A stretch of 64,000 nucleotides of DNA from Clostridiales bacterium (lineage in GTDB: Bacteria > Bacillota > Clostridia > Christensenellales > Borkfalkiaceae), in NCBI GenBank assembly GCA_015069485.1, contig SVIM01000004.1, forward strand, positions 4,385 to 68,384. Direction: 5' to 3'. This document shows, in pieces, positions 34,179 through 42,692 of this stretch. Made by a program: the position numbers and the translations under genes. Numbering within the stretch: the stretch's first letter is position 1; the number at the start of each line of letters is the position of its first letter. The notes beneath the pieces were generated by a model. It saw only the letters and a list, made by a program, of their open reading frames with translations. It had not been told where the DNA came from and did no database searches.

Positions 34179-35369
34179 ATGCTTATTAATTTTTTGGTTA
34201 AAAGATATACTAAAGACGGAAAGGATATAAACTGCCCCGAGGTGCGCGCAAAAATAGGCAAAGCTTCGGGCATAGTAGGCATCATATGCAATATTTTGCT
34301 GTTTGCGGCAAAGCTGTTTGCAGGCATAATTTCTTTCTCGGTTGCCATTATTGCAGATGCAATTAACAATATTTCCGACGCTTCGAGCAATATCGTAAGC
34401 TTTTTCGGCTTTAAGCTTGCAAGCCGTCCTGCCGATAAGGAGCACCCCTACGGCCACGGCAGATACGAATACCTTGCCGCCCTAACCGTCGCCCTTTTAA
34501 TTATGGTTATAGGCGTTGAGCTTATGCGCACGGGCATAGAAAAGATTATTGCACCGCAAAACCTCGTCGTTTTAAACGCCGTAACTATTGCCATTATGTG
34601 CGCTTCCATTATTATTAAGCTTTGGCTATGCTTATTTTATTCAAGACTTGGCAAAAAGATTAATTCCAACGCGCTTATAGCCGCCTCCGCCGATTCGAGA
34701 AACGACGTAATCGCAACCTCCGTCGTTCTTGTAACCGCAATAATTTCCCATTTTATAGAAATTGAATTAGACGGTTATATGACGGTTGCCGTGGCTTTAT
34801 TCGTGTTATATAGTGGTTTTTGCTTGGTTAAGGATACGCTTAATCCACTACTTGGAAAAGCGCCCGACGAAGAGCTTTGCGAAGATATTAGATTGAGGAT
34901 ATTAGCCCACGAAGGCGTTTTAGGCACGCACGATTTAATGGTGCACGACTATGGTGTAGGAAGGCAATTTGCCAGCGTTCATATAGAGGTTGACGCAGAT
35001 TTAGGTATAGTTGCCGCGCACGAAATTTGCGACGCAATAGAGCGTGATTTTTTAGAAAGCGATAATCTGCACATGGTCGTTCATTTAGACCCTATTGCCC
35101 ACGACGACGAAGAAGGCAAAATAAGAAATTTTATTTTGGGAAAGGTAAAGAATTTCAACGGTAATCTTACTATTCACGATTTAAAAATTTTGCGTTGCAA
35201 CGAAAAAAGAAAGTGCTTTTTTGACTGCGTTATTCCAAAGGAGTTTGAAGGCGACGAAGCCGAGCTAGTTGAAAAAATTAAGATGGCAATTAAGCTTGAC
35301 CAGCCTGACTTGGAGTGCGAAATTACCATAGATAAAAACTTTGCCGCGCTCCCTCACCAAAAGCGATAA
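34179..35369 (+). CDS. Cation diffusion facilitator (CDF) family metal efflux transporter
   Basis: 396 aa. The TM domain carries the AIIADAINNISD and SRNDVIAT motifs. A C-terminal cytoplasmic domain (HDLMVHDYG...VHLDP) is present. Confidence 0.9.
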   Translation: MLINFLVKRYTKDGKDINCPEVRAKIGKASGIVGIICNILLFAAKLFAGIISFSVAIIADAINNISDASSNIVSFFGFKLASRPADKEHPYGHGRYEYLAALTVALLIMVIGVELMRTGIEKIIAPQNLVVLNAVTIAIMCASIIIKLWLCLFYSRLGKKINSNALIAASADSRNDVIATSVVLVTAIISHFIEIELDGYMTVAVALFVLYSGFCLVKDTLNPLLGKAPDEELCEDIRLRILAHEGVLGTHDLMVHDYGVGRQFASVHIEVDADLGIVAAHEICDAIERDFLESDNLHMVVHLDPIAHDDEEGKIRNFILGKVKNFNGNLTIHDLKILRCNEKRKCFFDCVIPKEFEGDEAELVEKIKMAIKLDQPDLECEITIDKNFAALPHQKR

Positions 35370-35410
35370 AAGCTTTTATTTTAAGCCCTAAAAATTGCAA
35401 TAATACGCTT

Positions 35411-35440
35411 TATTTGCGCCATATAGGCTAGGCAATTAAA
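35411..35440 (+). repeat. Copy (degenerate) of the recurrent AT-core palindrome element
   Basis: TATTTGCGCCATATAGGCTAGGCAATTAAA. It lies 42 nt after the CDF stop and is followed by the hairpin AGGGAGTAAAAA/TTTTTACTCCCT (35446-35470). Confidence 0.45.
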
Positions 35441-35493
35441 TTTATAGGGAGTAAAAATTTTTTACTCCCTGTAAAATATTAAATGCAAAACGA

Positions 35494-35522
35494 TTGACAT
35501 TTTTAGTCCTTTTTAATAAAAT
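35494..35522 (+). promoter_or_regulatory. Promoter for tRNA-Leu
   Basis: TTGACA (35494-35499), 17 nt, TAAAAT (35517-35522). It ends 18 nt before the tRNA 5' end. Confidence 0.55.
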
Positions 35523-35540
35523 TAATATACAAAATAATTT

Positions 35541-35623
35541 GCACTCATGGCGGAATTGGCAGACGCGCTGGACTTAGAATCCAGTGGATTCCCGTGCAGG
35601 TTCAACTCCTGTTGAGTGCACCA
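35541..35623 (+). tRNA. tRNA-Leu (anticodon UAG), class II with long variable arm, CCA encoded
   Basis: Acceptor stem GCACTCA/TGAGTGC. D arm GCG-GAATTGGCAGA-CGC. Anticodon stem-loop CTGGA-CTTAGAA-TCCAG. T arm GCAGG-TTCAACT-CCTGT. The 3' end is ACCA. Confidence 0.9.
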
Positions 35624-35627
35624 AAAT

Positions 35628-35660
35628 AAGCGGAACGGTTTTTATCCGTTCCGCTTTTTT
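35628..35660 (+). terminator. Rho-independent terminator after tRNA-Leu
   Basis: AAGCGGAACGG (35628-35638) pairs with CCGTTCCGCTT (35646-35656). TTTT follows. Confidence 0.75.
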
Positions 35661-35911
35661 GTATAATTATGATTTCTACTAAAATTAGTGTGCGACAAAG
35701 GTGAGCGAAGTGAATTTAATTACACAAAAAGAGCTTAGGAATTACCCTACCTTTTTAGAAAAGTTTAAATGCGGTTTGGTAGGGGTTAATTTTAATAGTC
35801 CAAATGGGGGGTTAGTATAAAATTTAAACTAAAAATATAATTTTACCCTTGTATTTACGGCTTTTATAATTTATAATAAATTTGTTATAAAATTTTTACA
35901 AAGGAACAAAT

Positions 35912-37060
35912 ATGAAAGCTATAGTTAAAGGCTTTGGTAAAATTATTGCGCTTTTTTTGGCGTTGTTTACTTGCTTTATAACGGCGTATAGCGTATGCAC
36001 GGATGCCCATAAGAGCACCGTTTGCGCACGCGCCGAAACACAAAGCGAGCCTAAAAGGGTTGTAGGGTATTTACCTAACTGGTCGTACAAGGCGTACGAA
36101 GATATTGATTTTTCTGCGCTGACGCATATTAATATTGCTTTTTGCAACTTAAATTCGAGCGGGGAATTTTATAGCGGAATACCCGACGAGGATATGTATG
36201 CGTTAGTAAATAAAGCGCACGCGCACGGCGTTAAAATTATGGCTGCGCTTGGTGGCGGGGGCTATGGCGACCCCTACCGCGCGTTAATTGCAGGCACGGA
36301 AAAAATTAATTTGTTAAACGGGAAGTTGGAGCATTTTTGCGAAAAGTACTCGCTTGACGGAATTGACCTTGATATTGAGCTTGCTTCTTCTGACAGTATT
36401 TGGAATTATTACGGAGAGTGGGTTAGCGCACTTAGAAGTATTTGCAACAGGCACGGTTGGATTTTAAGCACGGCAACGGCTCAATGGGTGGCAGGCACCG
36501 TAACGGCAGAAACCTTTGCGCTTTTTGATTTTGTAAGCGTTATGGCGTACGACAACGACGGTTGGAATTATAATTCCCACTCCTCATACGATTTTTCAAT
36601 AGAGTGTTTAAATTATTTTAATATTCAAAAGGAAATACCCAAAGAAAATTTAGTGCTTGGCGTTCCATTTTACGGAAGGGGCTATACGAGTAGCGGTGCG
36701 CTTGACTGGAATTCATATCTTTCGTTTAAGGATTTAATAAGCGCCGATATAGAGAATTACGACAGGGACGAATATAACGGCATAGCCTATAACGGAGCAA
36801 GCACTATGCAAAAAAAATGCGAGCTTGCAAAAGAATACGGCGGAATTATGATTTGGGAAATTACCTTGGACGCGCAGGGAGAATATTCTTTATTAGACTT
36901 AATAAAGCAAGAATTAATACCTGCCCCTAAAGACGAATTACAACAAAACGACGGCGTAAAAAAAGATGAATTTTTAGTTTATATAATTATCGGGGTAAGC
37001 GCAATAGCCGTTATTGCTTTGGCGGTTATTTTAATAGCGAAAAGGATTAAAAAAAGATAA
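35912..37060 (+). CDS. Glycoside hydrolase family 18 (chitinase / endo-beta-N-acetylglucosaminidase-like), with N-terminal signal and C-terminal TM anchor
   Basis: The catalytic DxxDxDxE motif appears as LDGIDLDIE. N-terminal hydrophobic signal: GKIIALFLALFTCFITAYS. C-terminal TM: FLVYIIIGVSAIAVIALAVILIA, followed by KRIKKR. Confidence 0.85.
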   Translation: MKAIVKGFGKIIALFLALFTCFITAYSVCTDAHKSTVCARAETQSEPKRVVGYLPNWSYKAYEDIDFSALTHINIAFCNLNSSGEFYSGIPDEDMYALVNKAHAHGVKIMAALGGGGYGDPYRALIAGTEKINLLNGKLEHFCEKYSLDGIDLDIELASSDSIWNYYGEWVSALRSICNRHGWILSTATAQWVAGTVTAETFALFDFVSVMAYDNDGWNYNSHSSYDFSIECLNYFNIQKEIPKENLVLGVPFYGRGYTSSGALDWNSYLSFKDLISADIENYDRDEYNGIAYNGASTMQKKCELAKEYGGIMIWEITLDAQGEYSLLDLIKQELIPAPKDELQQNDGVKKDEFLVYIIIGVSAIAVIALAVILIAKRIKKR

Positions 37061-37067
37061 AAAATTA

Positions 37068-37093
37068 TAATTGCCCCATATATATGCCCTAAA
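37068..37093 (+). repeat. Copy (degenerate) of the recurrent AT-core palindrome element
   Basis: TAATTGCCCCATATATATGCCCTAAA. It lies 8 nt after the GH18 stop, just before terminator 37113-37141. Confidence 0.45.
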
Positions 37094-37112
37094 CAGTTAA
37101 AGTGAAATTAAA

Positions 37113-37141
37113 GGCGCGGACGGCTTTTTGCCGTCCGCGCC
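37113..37141. terminator. Bidirectional terminator between convergent genes
   Basis: 12-bp GC-rich stem: GGCGCGGACGGC (37113-37124) pairs with GCCGTCCGCGCC (37130-37141), with loop TTTTT. Confidence 0.7.
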
Positions 37142-37190
37142 ACGCTTCTTTTTATATAAAATATCTAATTAAAATGGCTGTTACTTTTTA

Positions 37191-37838
37191 TTATTGTTCT
37201 ATTATATCGTTAATAGCTTCTAAATTTTTAAGGCAGATTAACACTAACGCTTCTTCGCTATCTATAAAGCAATTGATGCGTTCGGCAGTTTTTATAATTG
37301 CGCCCTTATAGCCCAAAGCATATTCCTTTTCTACGGGAGTATCGTAGTCCAGCTTTTTTAAGATTGAGTTATAGCAAGCTATGTCCGCCTTACAGATTTT
37401 TGCAATTTCTTTAATATATTCTTCTTTTTCGCCTTCAAAAACGATTTCGATATCTTCCTTTGTAACAGCTAAATCGTCAGCGTCAACGAAGTAATCGGTG
37501 CTAAATACCGTGTCCACTCCCCTTTCCTTTACAAAACGAACGAATTCGTCTAAAAACATAGTAATACCGTTGCCGTTTTGCGAAACTTCGTCAACGCCGT
37601 AAACGCTTACGCCTTCAAAGTCGGTAAAAACCTTTTCGTCGCCAACGCACTTTAACGAATCTTCAAATTCGACTAAAGCGTCTTCGAAAAGCGTTTCAAG
37701 CCACTCCGTTTTAAAAAATACTTCGCCCTGCTTATATAAATCTAAAGCCTTGTTGATTTCGTTAATAAATAAAATTTCTTTTGTGGTGAGCTGTTTTCCG
37801 TTTTTTAAATATAAAGTAATAACCTCTGCATTAGCCAT
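37191..37838 (-). CDS. Acidic cytoplasmic hypothetical protein (215 aa), no recognisable domain
   Basis: The complete ORF has AAGGAG upstream (revcomp of ctcctt at 37848-37853). There is no signal peptide or TM segment. Confidence 0.6.
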   Translation of the reverse strand: MANAEVITLYLKNGKQLTTKEILFINEINKALDLYKQGEVFFKTEWLETLFEDALVEFEDSLKCVGDEKVFTDFEGVSVYGVDEVSQNGNGITMFLDEFVRFVKERGVDTVFSTDYFVDADDLAVTKEDIEIVFEGEKEEYIKEIAKICKADIACYNSILKKLDYDTPVEKEYALGYKGAIIKTAERINCFIDSEEALVLICLKNLEAINDIIEQ

Positions 37839-37961
37839 AAAATTTCTCCTTATAGTGGTTTAGTAAGCTTATTATACTATATATTGAAAAAAATTTCAAT
37901 ACCTATTTTAAAATTTTTTAACTGAATATTGCACAGTTTGCGCCTTTAAAGAATTTTTGCA

Positions 37962-37990
37962 TTGACAAATAGATATAATTAAAATATAAT
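37962..37990 (+). promoter_or_regulatory. Consensus sigma-70 promoter for the DUF368 gene
   Basis: TTGACA (37962-37967), 17 nt, TATAAT (37985-37990). Confidence 0.6.
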
Positions 37991-38010
37991 TGTCGTATAC
38001 GGAGCTTAAA

Positions 38011-38880
38011 ATGAAAGATTTTTTAAAATTGTTTTTATGCGGCGCAGCCATTGGCACGGGCATGATTATTCCAGGGGTTAGCGGTGGTACTATTGCCGTT
38101 ATAATGCGAATTTACGATAAGCTAATAAACGCAATAACTTCGCTTAAATCGGACTTTAAAAACAGCGTAAAATTTTTATTTCCGATTTTGCTTGGCGCAA
38201 TAGTCGGCATTGGGGTAACTTTTATACCGTTAAAGCTTGCGCTTGAATACGCGCCCCTTCCCACCGTTTTACTTTTCGTTGGTTTTATGCTTGGAAGCCT
38301 GCCCGATATTATAGGCGAAGCCAAACAGCTTGGCATTAAAGGCGTGGACTGGTTTTTGGTTATAGCCACGCTTTCCATTACGGTAGGAATTTGCTTTATA
38401 CCCGGGCTTGGAAGCGTTGACCTTTCTGCAACGATGGCTTGGTGGCAATATATACTGCTGTTTTTGGTAGGGCTACTCGCTTCGTGCGCGTTGGTTATTC
38501 CCGGTATAAGCGGATCTATGCTACTTTTAATTTTAGGTTATTATCAGCCTATTTTTAACACCATTACCCTGTTGTTTACCGGCGATTTTTTGCACAGTTT
38601 TATAGTGCTTGCCGTTTTCGGTTTAGGTATAATTGTAGGATTTTTTACCGTAGCCAAAATTATGCAATATTTATTGAATAAATTTGAAAGGGCTACCCGT
38701 TGGGCAATTTTAGGGTTTGTAATAGGCTCTGTCCCCGCAATTTTAATAACCTTTGATTATGCTAATTCCCCCCTTAATATACCCCAAATAATAGTTGCAA
38801 TTGTACTTTTAATTTTGGGTTGCGCCGTATCGTATTATATTTCTTACCTAGGAAAAAAGCGAACAAAATTAGACGAGTAA
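38011..38880 (+). CDS. DUF368 family membrane protein (family recently linked to undecaprenyl-phosphate recycling)
   Basis: The duplicated signature IPGVSGGTIAV and IPGISGSMLLLILGYY is present. I prefer ATG 38011 (GGAG 6 nt upstream) over the TTG at 37990 used in the track. Confidence 0.85.
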   Translation: MKDFLKLFLCGAAIGTGMIIPGVSGGTIAVIMRIYDKLINAITSLKSDFKNSVKFLFPILLGAIVGIGVTFIPLKLALEYAPLPTVLLFVGFMLGSLPDIIGEAKQLGIKGVDWFLVIATLSITVGICFIPGLGSVDLSATMAWWQYILLFLVGLLASCALVIPGISGSMLLLILGYYQPIFNTITLLFTGDFLHSFIVLAVFGLGIIVGFFTVAKIMQYLLNKFERATRWAILGFVIGSVPAILITFDYANSPLNIPQIIVAIVLLILGCAVSYYISYLGKKRTKLDE

Positions 38881-38909
38881 AATTGATTAAATAATAGTAA
38901 AAGCTTAAA

Positions 38910-38937
38910 TAGTTGCGCCATATATGGCGGTTAATTA
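38910..38937 (+). repeat. Best-preserved copy of the recurrent AT-core palindrome element
   Basis: TAGTTGCGCCATATATGGCGGTTAATTA. It contains the perfect 14-nt palindrome CGCCATATATGGCG (38916-38929). Confidence 0.6.
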
Positions 38938-38968
38938 AAAAACGCAGTGCTGTTGCACTGCGTTTTTA
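38936..38968. terminator. Bidirectional terminator between the DUF368 gene and rpoC
   Basis: ACGCAGTGC (38942-38950) pairs with GCACTGCGT (38955-38963). AAAAA and TTTTT flank it. Confidence 0.75.
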
Positions 38969-38975
38969 CTATTTA

Positions 38976-41900
38976 TTATTCTTCAACGGTTTCTTCAATT
39001 TTAAGGTCGGGTGCGGTTACAATGCTATTAAAGTTAGAATTGATAACGGGGGACATATTTTTATAGTCCTTAACGCCCGTACCTGCAGGGATAAGCTTAC
39101 CGATAATAACGTTTTCTTTAAGGCCCATAAGGGGGTCAACCTTATTTTTGATTGCCGCGTCGGTTAATACCCTTGCAGTTTCCTGGAAGGATGCTGCAGA
39201 CAAGAAGGAATCGGTGGAAAGGGCTGCTTTAGTAATACCTAAAAGCACACGCTTTTGAAGCGCGGGAGTACCGCCGTTTTCGATTGCCTTGGTATTTTCT
39301 TCTTCAACGGTGAACATATCAACCGTTTCGCCGGGAAGAAGCGAGGTTGAGCCTGCGGATTCAATACGAACCTTTCTGAGCATTTGACGAACGATAATTT
39401 CTACGTGCTTATCGTTAATATCTACGCCCTGTGAACGGTATACGGACTGAACTTGCGTTAAGATATAGTCTTGAACGCCCTTAACACCGGAAATTCTTAA
39501 AATATCCTGAGGATATACAGAACCGGTATTAAGCTGGGTGCCGGGAGCAACTACGTCGCCATCCTTAACCTTAAGCTCTGCGTTGAAGGGAAGAACGTAT
39601 TCCTTCTTCTGTTCGCCGGTGATTTGATCTTTAACGATAATATGCTTCATATTGTCGCTATCGTCTAAGCGAACTACGCCGGAAACTTCGCAAAGGGTTG
39701 CGCAACCCTTGGGTTTACGCGCTTCGAAAAGTTCTTCGACACGGGGAAGACCTTGGGTAATGTCGCCCGTTGCTGCGATACCGCCGGTGTGGAAGGTACG
39801 CATCGTAAGCTGAGTACCGGGTTCACCGATGGACTGCGCCGCAATTACGCCGACAGCTTCGCCAGCCTGTACGGGAGTGTTGGTTGCCATGTTTTTACCA
39901 TAGCACTTTGCACATACGCCGTAGCGGGAGGTACAGCTGAATACCGAACGGATAGAAACGGCTTCTACGCCGGCATCTACTACTGCTTTTGCAAGCTCGT
40001 CGGTAACGAATTCGTTCATTGCAACGATAATATTGCCGTCCTTATCCTTAACGTCTTCTGCTACGAATCTGCCTTGGATTCTATCTTCAAGTCCTTCAAT
40101 AACTTCACCGTTAGGGCCGATTATTGACCTAACTACCATACCGCGAGGCTTTTTGCTGCCTGCCATACAGTCATCTTCACGAACGATAACGTCTTGAGCA
40201 ACGTCAACTAAACGACGGGTTAAATAACCGGAGTCCGCAGTTTTTAACGCCGTATCTGCAAGACCTTTACGGCCACCGTGAGAGGAGATGAAATATTCGA
40301 GAACGGAAAGACCTTGTCTAAAGCAAGACTTAACGGGAACTTCGATCTTTTTACCTTGGGGGTTAACCATTAGGCCACGCATACCGGAAAGCTGCTTCAT
40401 CTGGTCGATAGAGCCACGTGCACCCGAGTTTGCCATCATCCAAATAGGATTGAACTTATCGAGTGATTTTTTAAGCGCGTCGGTAACTTGGTTGGTTGCG
40501 TTATCCCAAGCGTCGATAACTGCGTTATATCTTTCTTCTTCTCTTAAAAGACCTCTTTGATATTTCTTTTCGATTTTGAATACCTTTTCTTCCGTTTCTT
40601 TAATAATTTCCGTTTTTGCTTCGGGAATATGCATATCGAATACGGAGGTAGTAATTGCGCCTACCGTGGAATATTTGTAGCCGAGAGCCTTGATTTTATC
40701 AAGGATAACAGCCGCCTTAGGCGCGCTACCCGTTTTGAAGCAACGGGCTACGATTTTGCCAAGCTGCTTTTTACCAACTGCAACTGCGCCACCCAAGAAT
40801 TCGTAAGAAATTTCGTATTTAAGGTAATCTTCTTTATTAACTCTTTTAACCAAGCCTAAATCCTGAGGCATTTCGTTATTGAAGATAATTCTGCCTACGG
40901 TGGTTTTTACAAGGCCTTGTACCGTTTCTCCGTAGAAGGGAGAGTTTTTATCGTCGATAGTAACGGTACGGCGAACGTAAATTTCGTCCTGCATATGAAT
41001 ATGCTTGGTTTGGTAAGCCATCATGGCTTCGTCCTCGGAGATATATTTGCCGGGGATATATTTTTCTGCGCCGTCGTCGTAGGGCTGGCATTCGTAATAT
41101 CTGTCGCCAACGTACTTATAGAACTTGCCTTCCTCTCTTCTAATAATAGTAAGGTAATATGCGCCGATTACCATATCCTGTGCAGGCTGCATAACGGGCT
41201 TACCGTCGGAAAGCTTTAAGATGTTGTTGGTGGAAAGCATTAAGAATCTTGCTTCTGCCTGAGCTTCGATGGAAAGAGGTACGTGAACTGCCATCTGGTC
41301 GCCGTCGAAGTCAGCGTTGAACGCCGTACATACTAAGGGGTGAATTTTAATTGCTCTGCCTTCAATAAGCACGGGCTCGAAGGCCTGAATAGAAAGACGG
41401 TGCAAGGTAGGCGCACGGTTTAAAAGAACGGGGTGTTCTTTAATTACGCCTTCTAATACGTCCCAAACGAAGGGCTTAGCCTTTTCAACGGTGCGCTTTG
41501 CGCTTTTAATGTTGTGGCATTGACCGCTTTCAACAAGCTTTTTCATTACGAAGGGCTTGAAAAGCTCGATAGCCATTTCCTTGGGAAGACCGCATTGATA
41601 CAACTTAAGCTCGGGACCAACTACGATAACCGAACGGCCGGAATAGTCAACACGCTTACCGAGCAAGTTTTGACGGAAGCGACCTTGCTTACCGCGAAGC
41701 ATTGCGGAAAGAGATTTTAATTCCCTGTTAGAAGGACCGGATAACGCCTTGCCTCTTCTACCGTTATCGATAAGGGCGTCAACCGCTTCCTGTAACATTC
41801 TCTTTTCGTTTTTAACGATCATATCGGGAGCGCCGAGCTCCATCATTCTCTTTAAACGGTTGTTGCGGTTGATAACTCTACGGTATAAGTCGTTGATATC

Positions 41901-42674
41901 AGAGGTTGCAAATCTGCCACCGTCAAGCTGAACCATAGGACGAATATCGGGGGGAAGCACGGGAAGAACGGTTAATACCATCCACTCGGGGCGGTTGCCA
42001 CTCTTTCTAAAGGATTCCAACACTTCGATACGCTTAACGGCCTTAACGCGCTTTTGACCTGCTTGATTATTTTCGATAATCTTTCTGGTTTCTTCGCATT
42101 CCTTATCTAAATCAACAGCCATTAAAAGCTCGCGAATTGCTTCTGCGCCCATACCAACCTTAAGGCCGGTTACTTCGCTTTCGCCGTATTTTTCTTCGAT
42201 TTCTCTAAGTTCTTTATCGTTGATAACCTGCTTGTATTCAAGAACGGGAACGGTACCGGGGTTAATTACTACGTAAGCCGCAAAGTAAATAACCTGCTCT
42301 AACGCCTTAGGGCTCATATCAAGCACTAAGCCTATTCTGGAAGGAACGCCCCTAAAATACCAAATGTGGGAAACGGGAGCAGCTAATTCAATATGTCCCA
42401 TTCTTTCCCTTCTAACCTTTGCACGGGTAACTTCTACGCCGCACTTTTCGCAGGTGATACCCTTATAACGAATACGCTTATATTTACCGCAATGACATTC
42501 CCAGTCCTTCATAGGTCCAAAAATTCTTTCGCAGAATAAACCGTCGCGTTCGGGTTTTTGCGTTCTGTAATTTATAGTTTCGGGCTTGGTTACTTCGCCC
42601 TTGGAAAGTTCCCTGATTTTTTCGGGAGAAGCCACGCTGATTTTAATTGAACAAAAATCGTTTAATTCAAACAC
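38976..42674 (-). CDS. rpoC: DNA-directed RNA polymerase subunit beta'
   Basis: 1,232 aa. It contains the zinc-binding [23 protein letters not shown] and the catalytic [12 protein letters not shown]. Confidence 0.98.
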   Translation of the reverse strand: MFELNDFCSIKISVASPEKIRELSKGEVTKPETINYRTQKPERDGLFCERIFGPMKDWECHCGKYKRIRYKGITCEKCGVEVTRAKVRRERMGHIELAAPVSHIWYFRGVPSRIGLVLDMSPKALEQVIYFAAYVVINPGTVPVLEYKQVINDKELREIEEKYGESEVTGLKVGMGAEAIRELLMAVDLDKECEETRKIIENNQAGQKRVKAVKRIEVLESFRKSGNRPEWMVLTVLPVLPPDIRPMVQLDGGRFATSDINDLYRRVINRNNRLKRMMELGAPDMIVKNEKRMLQEAVDALIDNGRRGKALSGPSNRELKSLSAMLRGKQGRFRQNLLGKRVDYSGRSVIVVGPELKLYQCGLPKEMAIELFKPFVMKKLVESGQCHNIKSAKRTVEKAKPFVWDVLEGVIKEHPVLLNRAPTLHRLSIQAFEPVLIEGRAIKIHPLVCTAFNADFDGDQMAVHVPLSIEAQAEARFLMLSTNNILKLSDGKPVMQPAQDMVIGAYYLTIIRREEGKFYKYVGDRYYECQPYDDGAEKYIPGKYISEDEAMMAYQTKHIHMQDEIYVRRTVTIDDKNSPFYGETVQGLVKTTVGRIIFNNEMPQDLGLVKRVNKEDYLKYEISYEFLGGAVAVGKKQLGKIVARCFKTGSAPKAAVILDKIKALGYKYSTVGAITTSVFDMHIPEAKTEIIKETEEKVFKIEKKYQRGLLREEERYNAVIDAWDNATNQVTDALKKSLDKFNPIWMMANSGARGSIDQMKQLSGMRGLMVNPQGKKIEVPVKSCFRQGLSVLEYFISSHGGRKGLADTALKTADSGYLTRRLVDVAQDVIVREDDCMAGSKKPRGMVVRSIIGPNGEVIEGLEDRIQGRFVAEDVKDKDGNIIVAMNEFVTDELAKAVVDAGVEAVSIRSVFSCTSRYGVCAKCYGKNMATNTPVQAGEAVGVIAAQSIGEPGTQLTMRTFHTGGIAATGDITQGLPRVEELFEARKPKGCATLCEVSGVVRLDDSDNMKHIIVKDQITGEQKKEYVLPFNAELKVKDGDVVAPGTQLNTGSVYPQDILRISGVKGVQDYILTQVQSVYRSQGVDINDKHVEIIVRQMLRKVRIESAGSTSLLPGETVDMFTVEEENTKAIENGGTPALQKRVLLGITKAALSTDSFLSAASFQETARVLTDAAIKNKVDPLMGLKENVIIGKLIPAGTGVKDYKNMSPVINSNFNSIVTAPDLKIEETVEE

Positions 42675-42692
42675 TTAAAATACCTCCCTTAA

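Noticed and set aside
34139-34457. 83-aa and 97-aa minus-strand ORFs
   Set aside because: They lie antisense to the 5' end of the well-supported CDF transporter gene and have no RBS.
35701-35820. 36-39-aa ORF (GTG start; ..NLITQKELRNYPTFLEKFKCGLVGVNFNSPNGGLV) between tRNA-Leu and the GH18 gene
   Set aside because: It has a weak overlapping SD and a non-ATG start, and I recognise no motif. It is too short to support without comparative or expression data.
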